DNA of 64,000 nt from an uncultured Methanosarcinaceae archaeon (GTDB lineage: Archaea > Halobacteriota > Methanosarcinia > Methanosarcinales > Methanosarcinaceae). Location: contig CAVTET010000005.1 of assembly GCA_963733675.1 (NCBI GenBank), positions 160,001 through 224,000 of the forward strand, in the 5' to 3' direction. The notes beneath the pieces are model-generated. The model ran no database searches, was not told the DNA's origin, and was given only the letters and a program-made list of their open reading frames with translations. Both the position numbers and the translations under genes were made by a program. This document shows positions 1 to 11,030 of this stretch, one piece after another; the first letter of the stretch is position 1, and each line of letters begins with the position of its first letter.

Positions 1-214
1 TTTTTCCTCAATAGTTCACAAAAAAATCATCCATAAATATTAATTCAATTTTGTTTAATTGCCTCTAGAAGATTCAACATTTTGAAATTATGAGGCAGAA
101 ATTATGCATAGTCTCTACTAAACTCTGTTGTGATTTTTTGAGGCATATTTTTGAGTTTATATGACTATTAATCGAGGTCGAAGCGCTAGATCTCTTTCTC
201 GATTAAATTTCATT

Positions 215-700
215 AGATGAATCTCTATAAACTGTTATAATTTGAGTATTGGAGAGCTTAAACCTCTTGACAATAATTTTTGCTCATGAAAACCTGTATT
301 GATTTTGCTCTTAAAGAAGAATACAAACATCCTCAGTTAGTTGGAGACTAACTTGCTAAAATCTACTCAGTTAATTGATTGGAAAGATTTTCGTATAATT
401 TTTCAATCCAGACCATTTTTAAAAAAATTATGAGGCAGACATAAAACTGAAGTAATCATTATGTTTAAAATGTTCGTATTATAGCATGGAATGGTCTTTA
501 TTTGTTCATTCAAATCCGGTGCACACAAAAGAGGATAAATTTTGAGAAAATGAAGCAAAAAAAGCATATATGCAAATGAAGTAATTTGACTTTGAACAAT
601 TTCTTAATATCCAGATTGGGGGTGTGAGCACACCTAGCTGCTTGCAGCTTGATGAAACATCGAAATTATGATTGTGATATTGAAAAAGTTGAGGGGAAAA
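215..700 (+). mobile_element. Decayed IS5-family transposase relic (5' part)
   Basis: ATGAAAACC..TGATTTTGCTCTTAAAGAAGAATACAAA..CAGTTAGTTGGAGAC..CTTGCTAAAAT matches the same MKTLTDFALK..VGDKLAEI start seen at 12556, 18932, 32386 and (minus) 59347; many stops and indels. Confidence 0.7.
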
Positions 701-908
701 CAATGTGTAAAGCCTGTTACTATCTATCCCCGTGTTTTCTCTTTAATTCCTTCCACTTGGTATTTTATTGGATTTTCTGTAAATTAAAAGTTAAATTTTC
801 ACATTATTTGTGTAATTTGACTTTAAACATTGGATTTCTCTACTCAACAAATTCTTTAAATTTTTTTAGTTTATCGAAAATTAGGCACAATGCCTACAGT
901 CTCAACTT

Positions 909-1457
909 TTAGTCTGTCGTAACAAAGACCATTGCAGCTACAACTGTTGTCCATTTTCCATCTTTGTCGCCTTTTGCAGTCTGACAAATGTGGAACGAAT
1001 CAAATATGTGGCCACTGGCTTTATATACCTGTTCTCTCGCATACCAGGCCATTTCAGCATCAAACTCTATCCCTAAAGTTGTTGCAAGCATTGTTGCTGC
1101 CAGGTCTTCTGCATATTCTCCTGCAATAATCTCTTCTTCTCCAAAAGAATGATGTTCAGAAATATAACCGTAATTTTCTCCATTTACCGGAAGAGCAGTT
1201 CCTATAGCTGAAGCCATCAAACGATGTGGTTCGTTAGTATCATTCCTTGCAAGTACACAATGGACAATGTCACCAGGTTTTAGCCGTAAAAGTCCTTCAT
1301 CTTTATGTACGATTTTGCAATTTGGAGGTAGAATGCTTGAAACACTTACAAGGTTGTATTTTTCTATTCCAGCAGCTCTCAACGCAAGTTCAAAAGATGC
1401 TAATCTATCTTTATGCACCCCGCTACCTTTTGTTACAAATGCTTTTTTTGGGATCAT
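909..1457 (-). CDS. pdaD: Pyruvoyl-dependent arginine decarboxylase
   Basis: SFELALRAAGIEKYNLVSVSSILPP (self-cleavage SS site), GYISEHH, WTTVVAAMVF; GGAG RBS upstream. Confidence 0.93.
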   Translation of the reverse strand: MIPKKAFVTKGSGVHKDRLASFELALRAAGIEKYNLVSVSSILPPNCKIVHKDEGLLRLKPGDIVHCVLARNDTNEPHRLMASAIGTALPVNGENYGYISEHHSFGEEEIIAGEYAEDLAATMLATTLGIEFDAEMAWYAREQVYKASGHIFDSFHICQTAKGDKDGKWTTVVAAMVFVTTD

Positions 1458-1503
1458 ATTAACTCCTTAAGTATCTTTATCCGCCATCCTGCATATATAT
1501 GCA

Positions 1504-1629
1504 GATGCAGATTCTGTTTGCCATTTGTCCACTATTATTCATTGAAAATTAAAATAGTTTTTAAGCTACTAGTTTATTGAGAGATATATAGCATTCTTGG
1601 TACATCCGCGAAAAATGGGTTTATGCATC
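1504..1629 (-). repeat. Dispersed ~125-bp repeat, family B (copy 1)
   Basis: Aligns with 7198-7325, 21090-21213, 32185-32302 and 58322-58455; this copy is bounded by GATGCA...TGCATC. Confidence 0.75.
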
Positions 1630-2255
1630 CTGTGGATTTCCATTGTATGAGTAACCAAATATATAAACTACTTTAAAACTTATTGAACATAATTAAATGA
1701 ACTATTTTTTTTCATGCTTCAAATGTGGATAAAAGTTATGAACTTTTTCCTACTAATTTGAGACTTTTTTATTATTATCTGGTTTTGAATTGATTGCAAT
1801 TATGGTCAAAGCAGGAATATTCACATGTCTAGAAAACAATGATGGTAGTTAACACATTGAAAAGTGCAGTTAATTGTTGAGTTGATCATACTCCTAACGA
1901 AAGGATAGAACACAGAAAGAGTGGAAAATATGGGAAATGAAGGACATATGCAATCTTTCCCTACTTCCCACTTACTCATGGTTTCAGACCCTGGAGCAGA
2001 TTCTATTGTTCAGCGTTCTTTATAATGACAGCACTTTATCAATTAATTGAATAGCTGTTATTTATATCTTAATATACACAAATTAATACTGTGTAAACTA
2101 AATGCCATTATAACATTGATATTTTATTCCATAAGTATATCCCAGACTTTATAACATTATAAGTTTATCAGTATAGAACCTTATACAAAATATATTTTTA
2201 TCAAAAGGACATTCTAAAAATCAATCTAATTTTTATGCGACATGGAGAATATTAG

Positions 2256-3271
2256 ATGAGAAAAAAAGCATTTAATAAAAGAAAAAATACACTAACTATT
2301 TTATTAGTATTTCTTGTATTAACTTTAATTATAGCTACAGCAGTAAGTGCTACAGAGTAAGACCCCACTCATATCATGGTAGTTCAGGTGGCACCCATCC
2401 AAGAGGTTCCGGTATTTTCTATCCAAACAGTTCAGGTGGGCCACATCCAAGAGGTTTCGGTATTTTCCATCCAAGCGGTTCAGGTAGTCTCCATCCAAGC
2501 AGTTCCGGTATTGTCCATCCAGGCGGACCACATCCAGATAAATACTACTCCAACAGATGGCAAGACCACCATCATCATTACCATGAACATTTCGACACAG
2601 ATGTTTACTATCCAGAAGTAGAAACACAACCTGTAATAGTAGAATAGCCCATTGTCGAAGAACAACCCATAGTTGAAGAACAGTCCGTCATTGAACAATC
2701 CGGGGTAGAAGAACAACCTTTTGGATCAACATATAGAGCACCTGAGACTGGGGACAGTTCGTCAAATGTATTTGGTGGGTTGTTGGATTTAACTTCTAAG
2801 TCGTCTGATATAGCCAATGGATTAGATAGTAGTGATGGATCATATTTTTCTTTTGAATCCCACAACTATCCGAGAGAATTTATACGACATACCAATTACC
2901 TTGGTGAAAGAACACCTGTTAATAATAAATTAGATACAATGGATTCTACCTTCGCCCTTCGATTGGGATTAGCCGATAAAAACGATGCGTCTTTGGAGTC
3001 ATATAATTATCCTGGATATTTCTTAAGACATCAAGATTATCGACTTAAATTAAACAAAATATCTACGGAGCAGTTATTTAAAGAAGATGCAACATTCAAA
3101 ATTGTACCAGGGCTTGCAGATTCAAGTGCTTTTTCGTTTGAATCATACAATTATCCTAATCGTTATATAAGACATAAGGATGGTCACTTATGGGTTATGG
3201 AAGATGATAACAGTCAACTGTTTAAGGAAGATGCAACATATTATAAAGTCTCACCCAACGTCTTTCAGTAA
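2256..3271 (+). pseudogene. Disrupted secreted protein: signal peptide, His/Pro/Gly repeats, EEQP repeats and C-terminal AbfB (CBM42-like) domain
   Basis: MRKKAFNKRKNTLTILLVFLVLTLIIATAVSA ends in TAA at 2358; a second frame reads HPRGSGIF repeats, then in-frame TAG at 2645-2647, then continues into the 2780-3271 ORF with three SxESxNYP..RH repeats and FKEDAT motifs typical of AbfB. Confidence 0.75.
2395..2540 (+). repeat. Imperfect 24-bp coding tandem repeat (HPxxSGxx units)
   Basis: CATCCAAG/AxxGGTTCxGGT units recur about 6 times. Confidence 0.75.
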
Positions 3272-3339
3272 ACACTGCAGGACGAATTCCTAAAATCCAA
3301 TATACAAAAAGCGTGGGAAAGGGATAATCACTACATTAA

Positions 3340-3429
3340 AGAAAATTTCGATAAATCCAATTTTTGGATAGTTGTTTATAAAGTAGATATAAGCAATTTA
3401 TTAAAATTGAAGATTTATTGAAATTCTCT
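3340..3429. mobile_element. MITE family A (~90 bp, IS5-type ends)
   Basis: AGAAAATTTCGATAAA ... TTTATTGAAATTCTCT terminal inverted repeat. Confidence 0.65.
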
Positions 3430-3659
3430 AAAGTGCAAAGTTTCCGTGCACATAGTTTATTGTATAAACTATGCATCAGTTAAAATAAGAAAGACAGAAA
3501 TTTTCTCACCAGAAATATGGATTTTGCATCCAGTTACCTTTTACAGAACTTTTGGTACACTGTCACTCAGTTTAGTCACATCTTTTGTGTAAAATTAGAA
3601 AAAGGAGTTATTTGAATCCTTACTTTTTAGTTAATATTAGAAGTTTTATCCCTAATTCA

Positions 3660-3940
3660 TGGGAAGCCATGTCTATACCATGACTCATGGTAGGATCTAT
3701 GTCTTTCTAGGCACTGGTTTCCATTAATATAACCGGCCTTTGAAGCAATAGTGTAGTCTGTACTATTATTTGGTGTAATAGTAATACTCAATAGCTGCTA
3801 CTGATATACACTGACTTGTGCCTACTTTTGGATTATAGTAGAAAGTTCCAGCTAGTGGAGAAGCTGCTGCATCTAACTGACAATAACTCAATGGCATTCC
3901 CAGAAATGTGTCCGCAAGGTTACTCCAGGTAATTGTGGAT
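3660..3940 (-). pseudogene. Fragment of a surface-protein Ig-like repeat (TITWSN..PLS..QLDA..GTF.Y.P..GT type)
   Basis: Minus strand reads TITWSNLADTFLGMPLSYCQLDAAASPLAGTFYYNPKVGT, then a frameshift to LSITITPNNSTDYTIASKAGYIN; no intact start. Confidence 0.55.
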
Positions 3941-4064
3941 TAAGTGTATTATTTGTGAATACTATTTCAAAAAGGAAAATATATGACTAATAATCTATAT
4001 TGGTAGATTAAACCGATGATTGTGACTCTACAGAATATTCAAATCAATATAAGGATGAAAGATA

Positions 4065-5055
4065 ATGAAAAAAAAAGAAAAATCATATATACTAATTTTA
4101 GCTTTAACAGCATTTTTTTTGTTTTTAATTAGCTCTTCATCTGCAAAAAGTACCTACTTCAAGGGACAATATATATATGTCGAATCACCAAGACAACAAT
4201 GTCTATGTAATTGACACAGCTACAAACAGCATTACAGCCACTGTGGAGGTCGGAAATCATCCTATTGGAGTTGCAGTCACACCGGAACAAAGGCATATGT
4301 TGCCAATCAACTTAATGACAATGCCTCTATAATCGATACAACCACAAATACTGTTACAACGACTGTGCCTTTAGAAGGAAGTACTTTAGCCTTTGGCCAG
4401 TTTATAGGTGCTACAATATCTTCTCCTACACCTGCTATAACACCTATTCAAATAGAAAATTCTATGTCTGAAACCATGACCGCTTTAACTTCTTCAGCCA
4501 ATGAATACACATTTGGCCAGCCAATAACATTTACTGCTACAGTTGATGCGACATCACAAGGAATAAAAAAGTCTTCAGGTACAATTTCTTTCATGGATGG
4601 AATCACATTCATAGGAAGTGGAGATATAATTTCGGGACAGGCAATTTTGACTACTTCAGCGCTGTCAGTTGGTTCACATTCGATCACAGCCCAATATAAC
4701 AGCAATAATAACTTTAAATCCAGTACATCATCTGTACTCACACTACAGGTAAATCAGCCTAGTACAGAACTACATCCTAATCCCCAATACTATAAATCTG
4801 CCAGCTCCATCTCAAAATGTAGAAACTCCTAGTCAAACTCAAGTGCAACATGCAGTTAAAGAAGATAGTACATGGAATACGAGACCATCACAACCTTCTA
4901 CATTAACTCCGAAACCTAGTCAAAAATCAACTCCAATATCGTCTCCAACGTCTGTTCCTACTCATAGCTTCAACACTTCTATTCAAACTCCTAGTCCAGT
5001 CAAACCTAGTCCTGCAAAAAGTAAGCCTTGGTGGAAGAAAATCCTGGGCATTTGA
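4065..5055 (+). pseudogene. Frameshifted cell-surface protein: signal peptide, YVTN beta-propeller repeats, Ig-like group 3 domain, P/S/T-rich tail
   Basis: MKKKEKSYILILALTAFFLFLISSSSA; NVYVIDTATNSITATVEVGNHPIGVAVTP; GTKAYVAN..IDTTTNTVTTTV; TALTSS..GQPITFTATV..LSVGSHSITAQY; tail KPWWKKILGI; at least 3 frame breaks. Confidence 0.8.
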
Positions 5056-5372
5056 TAACTTATTGCAGAGATCTCTGTTAATATAGAGTTAGCGAAAAGA
5101 AAAAGTTAGGCATAAAACTTGATTTTTAGAATGTTCCGATGACACGAATCTTCATGTTTTCTCTCCCACTTCATAAAATGAGTCTAAAAATCAGGCATAT
5201 AATAGCCCACTATAAATTTTACCCAAATTTAAAAAATTAAAGGAAATCACGGGTATGAGGAGTATCCTGAGAATATGATTCATATAAACAAACGAAAAAC
5301 AAAAGATAGTGCCAGAAAGTCCCGGCACATGAGATTAAATACTTGATTACTAATAATCGAGTTTCGTATATC

Positions 5373-5591
5373 TTAATGAAGGTGAAAAAGTCCTTCTTTT
5401 GCCTTTTTAAGATACTCACTAGCTTCTTCTATTTTATCGGCAGCTTCAAGGATGTCTTCAGAAGCTTCAAGAAAACCATCTGTTTTGGCTTTTTGAGCCC
5501 ATTCTTTAAAATTTTCGATATGGCTTTCGTTATGTTCAATCCAGTGTTCAATCAAATGTGAAAGATTTTCATGACTACATTCTTCAGTCAT
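5373..5591 (-). CDS. Small His-containing helical hypothetical protein (HWIEHNESH motif)
   Basis: 72-aa ORF with a GGAGG RBS before ATG 5591; amphipathic helices. Confidence 0.7.
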   Translation of the reverse strand: MTEECSHENLSHLIEHWIEHNESHIENFKEWAQKAKTDGFLEASEDILEAADKIEEASEYLKKAKEGLFHLH

Positions 5592-5700
5592 AGTTAGTCC
5601 CTCCTGTTCAGGTATATGCAATTCATGCTATAAATTCCCGCTGGATTTAAATCAAACTTTTACATGGTAAATAAAACCTTGCAACATATCTCAGATTAAA

Positions 5701-5721
5701 AGACCTTCGAACAAAAGGTCT
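5701..5721 (-). terminator. Stem-loop just downstream of the aconitase-family gene
   Basis: AGACCTT-N7-AAGGTCT directly after the stop codon. Confidence 0.4.
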
Positions 5722-5725
5722 CCGT

Positions 5726-6967
5726 TTAAATTTTTCTTGGGTCAGTAATTTCGCCTGTTAACGCGGAAGCTGCTGCAGTTGCAGGGGATGCTAGATAAAT
5801 GAAACCATCTTTTCCCATTCTACCTTTGAAATTTCGATTTGCTGTTGAAATGCAGACTTCTCCTTCCCCAAGTACTCCTTGATGGGCACCAAGACAAGGT
5901 CCGCATCCAGGGGTTACAAGAGTTACGCCTGCTTTCAGTAGAGTTTCTATAGTTCCGTTTTCGATTGCGTCAAGGAGAGTACTGCGGGATGCAGGAATTA
6001 TAATAGTCCTAACTGCGATCCTCTTCCCTTTTAGGATAGCTGCTGCTACTTCAAGATCTTCCAGCCTTCCATTAGTACATGTTCCGATAAAGACCTGATC
6101 GATATGAGTTCCTTCGACCTCTCCAACAGGTTTTACACTGTCTACCTGATGCGGGCAAGCTATCTGAGGTTCGATATAATCAGCTTGATACGTGAATTCT
6201 TCTACATAATCAGCATCTTGATCGGCATACATAGGTTCATAAAAAGTAATGGCTCTATTTTTTAAAAAGTCGAAGATTTTTTCGTCTGGCGCGACAATTC
6301 CTAACTTTGCCCCCATCTCGATTACCATATTGCAGAGTGTCATCCTTCCAGCAACCGAAAGTTCGCTAATTGCTTGTCCATAGAACTCAACAGCTTTATA
6401 GGTGGCACCATCAATTCCGGTCTTCCCGATGATGTAAAGAATAAGGTCTTTTGCATAAACCCCAACTTTGAGACTACCTTCAACAGTAATCCTTAAACTT
6501 TCGGGTACTTTGAACCAGAGCTTACCAGTAGCGAAAATCTCAGCCATATCAGTAGCCCCAACTCCTGTAGCGAGAGCCCCGAAAGCTCCATAAGTGCAGG
6601 AATGAGAGTCAGCTCCTACGATAAGTTTTCCTGGAAGAGCAAAGCCTTTTTCAGGGAGTATTTGATGGCAAATCCCCTCGCCAACATCATAAAAATTTGA
6701 GATACCTTGTTCCTTCACCCACTCCCGAATCTCTTTCTGCAAGGTAGCTGATGTCTCATTGTTCGCAGGTGAAATATGATCAAAAGGAATTATGACCCTA
6801 GAAGGGTCCCATACTTTTTTCCTCCCCATCTCTTTAAAAGCATTTACTGCAAGAACCGACGTACCGTCATGCGCCATTGCGTAGTCTACATTTGCCATCA
6901 CGAAATCATTTGCCTTTGCCTCTTTACCCGATACCCGGGAAAATATTTTTTCGCTAATTGTTCCCAA
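5726..6967 (-). CDS. Homoaconitase / 3-isopropylmalate dehydratase large subunit (aconitase family)
   Basis: [62 protein letters not shown]; likely TTG start at 6967 after AGGAGA. hacA versus leuC not resolved. Confidence 0.92.
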   Translation of the reverse strand: MGTISEKIFSRVSGKEAKANDFVMANVDYAMAHDGTSVLAVNAFKEMGRKKVWDPSRVIIPFDHISPANNETSATLQKEIREWVKEQGISNFYDVGEGICHQILPEKGFALPGKLIVGADSHSCTYGAFGALATGVGATDMAEIFATGKLWFKVPESLRITVEGSLKVGVYAKDLILYIIGKTGIDGATYKAVEFYGQAISELSVAGRMTLCNMVIEMGAKLGIVAPDEKIFDFLKNRAITFYEPMYADQDADYVEEFTYQADYIEPQIACPHQVDSVKPVGEVEGTHIDQVFIGTCTNGRLEDLEVAAAILKGKRIAVRTIIIPASRSTLLDAIENGTIETLLKAGVTLVTPGCGPCLGAHQGVLGEGEVCISTANRNFKGRMGKDGFIYLASPATAAASALTGEITDPRKI

Positions 6968-7197
6968 AAGTAAGTCTCCTGTAAGATGACGAAATAATTC
7001 AAAATTGGATGTAGCAGATTTCGACAAACCTCTGATTTTCAAAAATCATTTATGTACCCTTTATAAGTATATGATCAATTAAGGGGTTTATCTAGATTTT
7101 CTATAAAAGAAAAAATTTAAATTTCTTACTAAATATGAATTATACTTGGCGAATTTTGTAATAAATCTTATCAAACGAATGATTTTGAATAATTAAA

Positions 7198-7325
7198 ATT
7201 AAATCCACTTTCTGCAGATGTATGCAAGAATGCCATCCATTTTCTCAATATGACAGTAGCTTAAAAATTAATTTGGCTTTCGATGAATAATAGGTGTGCA
7301 AATAGACAAATAAATTATACACCTG
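7198..7325 (+). repeat. Dispersed repeat family B (copy 2)
   Basis: AAATCCACTTTCTGCAGATGTATGCAAGAATGCCATCCATTTTCTCAATATGACAGTAGCTTAAAAATTAATTTGGCTTTCGATGAATAATAG. Confidence 0.75.
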
Positions 7326-7516
7326 TGTAAATCTGCGGAATTTCAGTTTAGATATGATTTGGATTACCACTTAGCTGAAGACCCAATGGTTTTAAGCTTT
7401 GTCCTAGTAATAATACAATTAATTAATTTTGTATCTACTACGGAGAACTTCTTCTGCAGAGGTGAGTATAAGCGGGATATTTATAATCCTGTGGGTTTAA
7501 TCTTTGCCGAATTTCC

Positions 7517-7975
7517 CTATTTAATTTCAAAATTTACATGTTCCACTTTCACACATGCATCCTTTAAAAAATCAAGTGAATCGGTATCTGGATAAAGAGT
7601 TGCATATACAACCCTTTTGATATTTGAATTTATAATCATTTTCGTGCAGAGAATACAAGGTTTATGTGTGCAATAGATCGTTGCCCCTGATATGCTCACC
7701 CCATGGATTGCAGCCTGAATGATGGCATTTTGTTCCGCATGCACCGCCCTGCACTTCTCATGCCGAGTTCCTGAAGGGATCTTCTCCAGATCACGGATAC
7801 ACCCTATTTCAAGGCAGTGCTCCATACCACTTGGAGCTCCGTTGTATCCAGTTGAAAGGATACGCTTATCTCTAACGACAACTGCCCCCACATTATTTCG
7901 GAGGCATGTGGCCCGTTTTCCTACCACGAAAGCGATTTCAAGGAAATATTCGTCAAGGGAAGGTCTTTCTGTCAT
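7517..7975 (-). CDS. dCMP/cytidine deaminase family protein
   Basis: [35 protein letters not shown] zinc motifs; start at ATG 7975. Confidence 0.92.
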   Translation of the reverse strand: MTERPSLDEYFLEIAFVVGKRATCLRNNVGAVVVRDKRILSTGYNGAPSGMEHCLEIGCIRDLEKIPSGTRHEKCRAVHAEQNAIIQAAIHGVSISGATIYCTHKPCILCTKMIINSNIKRVVYATLYPDTDSLDFLKDACVKVEHVNFEIK

Positions 7976-8320
7976 TATTTTTAATGAACAGTAACTGGTA
8001 TATATAGCTGTGACGTTAGAACTTGTAGCATTTTCAAGAGTTAATTTTAAGTGGAATGAAATAACGGTGTATAGGGAAGAATTACCTTTCAAAGAAAAAT
8101 TTGATATTAATTTGTGACTATAATAGTATAAAAAAAATTAGCCTATTTATATCATTAAGATATCAGAACATTATGTTCAAACTTGAATTCGATTATCATT
8201 CAAAACTGATCCAAAATAATTGAACAAATCTGACTATACTTCTCAACAGTTCTTAATATGTGAAAAGTTATTCGGATAAGTTTGATAAAATATAGATACA
8301 TGCATCCGGAGTATTAAATT

Positions 8321-9226
8321 ATGGCAACAGGTTTTACCGAATTTTTAGATAATTTCGTGAAAAATCACGATAATCGCCAGTTGCTGGCATTCCCTCTTGC
8401 GATACTCGCAGTTTCTCTAATTATACTGCTGGTTTCTTTTTTGAGCAGCGGGTCGCCGGTAACTCTGGGAATGGAATTCCAGGGCGGCACACAGATTTCT
8501 GTAGAAACGATCAATTCCCCTGCTGCGCTTAAAGAAGCGTATTCCTCTTACCACATCATCGATGCTCGGCAGGCCGGTAGCAGGATCATCATGGATTTTG
8601 GGGTCATGGACAATGAAAAACAACGCCAGCTGGAAAAAGATGTCGTGAGCCGATATTCAAATGTAGAAATTAGCCAAATAGGGCCTGTCTACGGCCAATC
8701 TCTGCAGATACAAGCTCTTAAGGCCCTTATCATCTCCTTTATAGGAATGTCCATTGTAGTATTCTTGCTCTTCCGAAGTCCAGTACCTTCCTTTGCAGTA
8801 ATAATCTCTGCTTTTTCGGACATCACAATTGCCCTTGGTTTCATGAAGATTGCTGGGGTCGAACTTTCCTTGGGCACACTTGCCGCCCTGCTAATGCTTA
8901 TCGGTTATTCAGTAGACAGTGACATCTTGCTCACAAATAGAGTGCTTAAACGCCGAGGAACGGTAGAAGAGAAAGTTTCTCGGGCTATACAGACAGGAGT
9001 TACAATGACCAGCACAGCTCTTGTAGCACTTGTAATCATGTACTTAGTCTCTACTTATCTTTACCTGATTATTCCTTCCTTCACACAGATTCCTCTACTT
9101 TCGCAGATCTCGATAGTGCTGATCGCAGGACTGTTTGCAGATATTATGAATACCTGGCTCCTGAATACTGGAATTCTGCGCTGGTATGTACTTAAACCAG
9201 AATTCGGAGGGAGGTATAACAGATGA
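8321..9226 (+). CDS. secF: Protein translocase subunit SecF
   Basis: LGMEFQGGT, LMLIGYSVDSDILL, six TM segments; overlaps the secD start. Confidence 0.95.
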   Translation: MATGFTEFLDNFVKNHDNRQLLAFPLAILAVSLIILLVSFLSSGSPVTLGMEFQGGTQISVETINSPAALKEAYSSYHIIDARQAGSRIIMDFGVMDNEKQRQLEKDVVSRYSNVEISQIGPVYGQSLQIQALKALIISFIGMSIVVFLLFRSPVPSFAVIISAFSDITIALGFMKIAGVELSLGTLAALLMLIGYSVDSDILLTNRVLKRRGTVEEKVSRAIQTGVTMTSTALVALVIMYLVSTYLYLIIPSFTQIPLLSQISIVLIAGLFADIMNTWLLNTGILRWYVLKPEFGGRYNR

Positions 9227-10959
9227 ATAATGCAAAAAATCTTTTAAAAAATCCAAGAATAATCATCTTCATCCTAGCAGTTCTTGTAGCGATCTTTGCC
9301 ATTCACCCTGGTTATACTAGCGAGGGGGCTACTTCCCATCTGCACTATGGGCTTGACCTTGAAGGCGGATCTTGGCTTCAGCTTAAACTGGAGGGAACGC
9401 TTGCTCAGATAGATGCAGATCCCGGAAAGATAGTCATCGCATTAGTCGAGCCTGCAATTGGCTCCCCTATTAACATCACAAATAATAATTTATTAGGCGG
9501 CGGATCTGACAATAAATATATCAGCTTTACTACATCTGCTCCGATTAATGCATCTCAAATTGAGAAATTGGGGCTGGGGGGCAGTGTAAGCGTGGACAAG
9601 CCGAGCAGAGACTCAACTCAGGTAACCATAACCTCTACCAGTAAAGAATTTCTGATCCGGACTTATCTCGCAAAATCTCTTGATACAGAAGTAGTTCAAA
9701 CGAGTAACAAGGATGTGTTTGGCTACGAAATAAAAAAGTCCGTCTCTGAAAAGGATCTAGAGGCTCTTATGGAGAAAGTGGGGGGTTTTATTGTCAAAAA
9801 TCAGGATGGGACTTCAACTTACAAAGAAGGGGTCAGCACTCAGACAAGAGATCTTACACGAGATATACTTGATGATAAGCTCAACGCATTTGGCCTGAAA
9901 GATATTCCTGTCAGAACTGTAGGAGAAGATTATATTCAGATCGACTTCGCAGGCATTGATCTGGCAACAGCCAAAGAAATTGTTGACAAACAGGGTAAGT
10001 TCGAGATTAGGATCCAGACTACAGGAAATGAAACTCAGCATGTTGTTAATGGTGATTCTATCGAAGATGTTAGAATTATAAGCTATCACGATAATCAATG
10101 GCATGTTCCTTTCACTCTTTCTGAAGCAGGAGCCCGAGCACTCCAAAAAGCAGCACTCGAAACCGGGGCCGTTGATCATCCAGAAGAACATCATCTGAAT
10201 ATGTACCTGGATCAAGTAAAAATATATGGAGCTCCACTGAATCCTGATGCAGCCTCAAGATTACGAGAAACTCCTATATATTCCTGGGAAGCTTCCACAG
10301 GCACAGGTGACGGTGCAAAAAAAGAAGCAAAGGCTCTTGAGGTCCACCTTCGAGCAGGGGCTCTTCCTGTAAACGTAAAACTTGAAAGCTCAGGCCATGT
10401 GGATGCAGGCCTTGGAGCGCAGTTCAAAACCGAAGCTGTGATTGCAGGCCTGATTTCTCTGGTTGCTGTAGCTTTAGTGGTTTATTTCAGGTACAGGAGA
10501 CCTGAAATTCTGATACCTATGGTAGGAACTTCAATCAGTGAAATCATCATGATCCTTGGAGTTGCGGCACTTATCAAATGGCAGCTTGATTTGTCATCAA
10601 TTGCAGGTATCATCGCTTCCATAGGTACCGGAATTGACCACCTTATAATCATCACAGATGAGGTGCTTTATGAAGGCACAATTCCTTCTACAAAGAGTGC
10701 CTTCTCTTCCAGAATTGGGAAAGCTTTCGTGATAATTATAGGTGCAGCTTCCACGAATATTATTGCAATGTCTCCTCTGGTCGTAATGGGTTTCGGAACT
10801 CTGAAAGGTTTTGCAATTACTACTATTATTGGAGTATTCATTGGTGTAATTGTTGCAAGACCCGTTTACGGTGTGGTTATAAAGGAACTGCTTGAAGCAA
10901 AAGGAGAAATTGAAAAAAGAGTAGAAGTAGCTAGAGGAAATGAAGGTTTAGCTGATTAA
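9223..10959 (+). CDS. secD: Protein translocase subunit SecD
   Basis: YGLDLEGGS, LRAGALPV, GTGIDHLIII, GTLKGFAITTIIG. Confidence 0.95.
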   Translation: MNNAKNLLKNPRIIIFILAVLVAIFAIHPGYTSEGATSHLHYGLDLEGGSWLQLKLEGTLAQIDADPGKIVIALVEPAIGSPINITNNNLLGGGSDNKYISFTTSAPINASQIEKLGLGGSVSVDKPSRDSTQVTITSTSKEFLIRTYLAKSLDTEVVQTSNKDVFGYEIKKSVSEKDLEALMEKVGGFIVKNQDGTSTYKEGVSTQTRDLTRDILDDKLNAFGLKDIPVRTVGEDYIQIDFAGIDLATAKEIVDKQGKFEIRIQTTGNETQHVVNGDSIEDVRIISYHDNQWHVPFTLSEAGARALQKAALETGAVDHPEEHHLNMYLDQVKIYGAPLNPDAASRLRETPIYSWEASTGTGDGAKKEAKALEVHLRAGALPVNVKLESSGHVDAGLGAQFKTEAVIAGLISLVAVALVVYFRYRRPEILIPMVGTSISEIIMILGVAALIKWQLDLSSIAGIIASIGTGIDHLIIITDEVLYEGTIPSTKSAFSSRIGKAFVIIIGAASTNIIAMSPLVVMGFGTLKGFAITTIIGVFIGVIVARPVYGVVIKELLEAKGEIEKRVEVARGNEGLAD

Positions 10960-11030
10960 GTATTCCGGAAAAATGAAAATGGTAGTCCTTGATATTGCTG
11001 GCAAAAATTGAAAAAAAAGGTGGAATAGAG

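Noticed and set aside
1489-1504. Perfect palindrome CTGCATATATATGCAG upstream of pdaD
   Set aside because: The core is a TA run and it abuts the end of repeat family B; it cannot be distinguished from a TATA box or insertion by-product.
2325-2865. Repetitive ORFs on alternative frames (2325-2627, 2376-2621, 2480-2716, 2608-2865) and a possible CRISPR-like periodicity
   Set aside because: These are shadows of 24-bp and 18-bp coding repeats of the AbfB gene; there are no unique spacers and no cas genes.
3451-3473. 10-3-10 inverted repeat CATAGTTTAT-TGT-ATAAACTATG
   Set aside because: Single AT-rich hairpin between convergent pseudogenes; no second copy seen.
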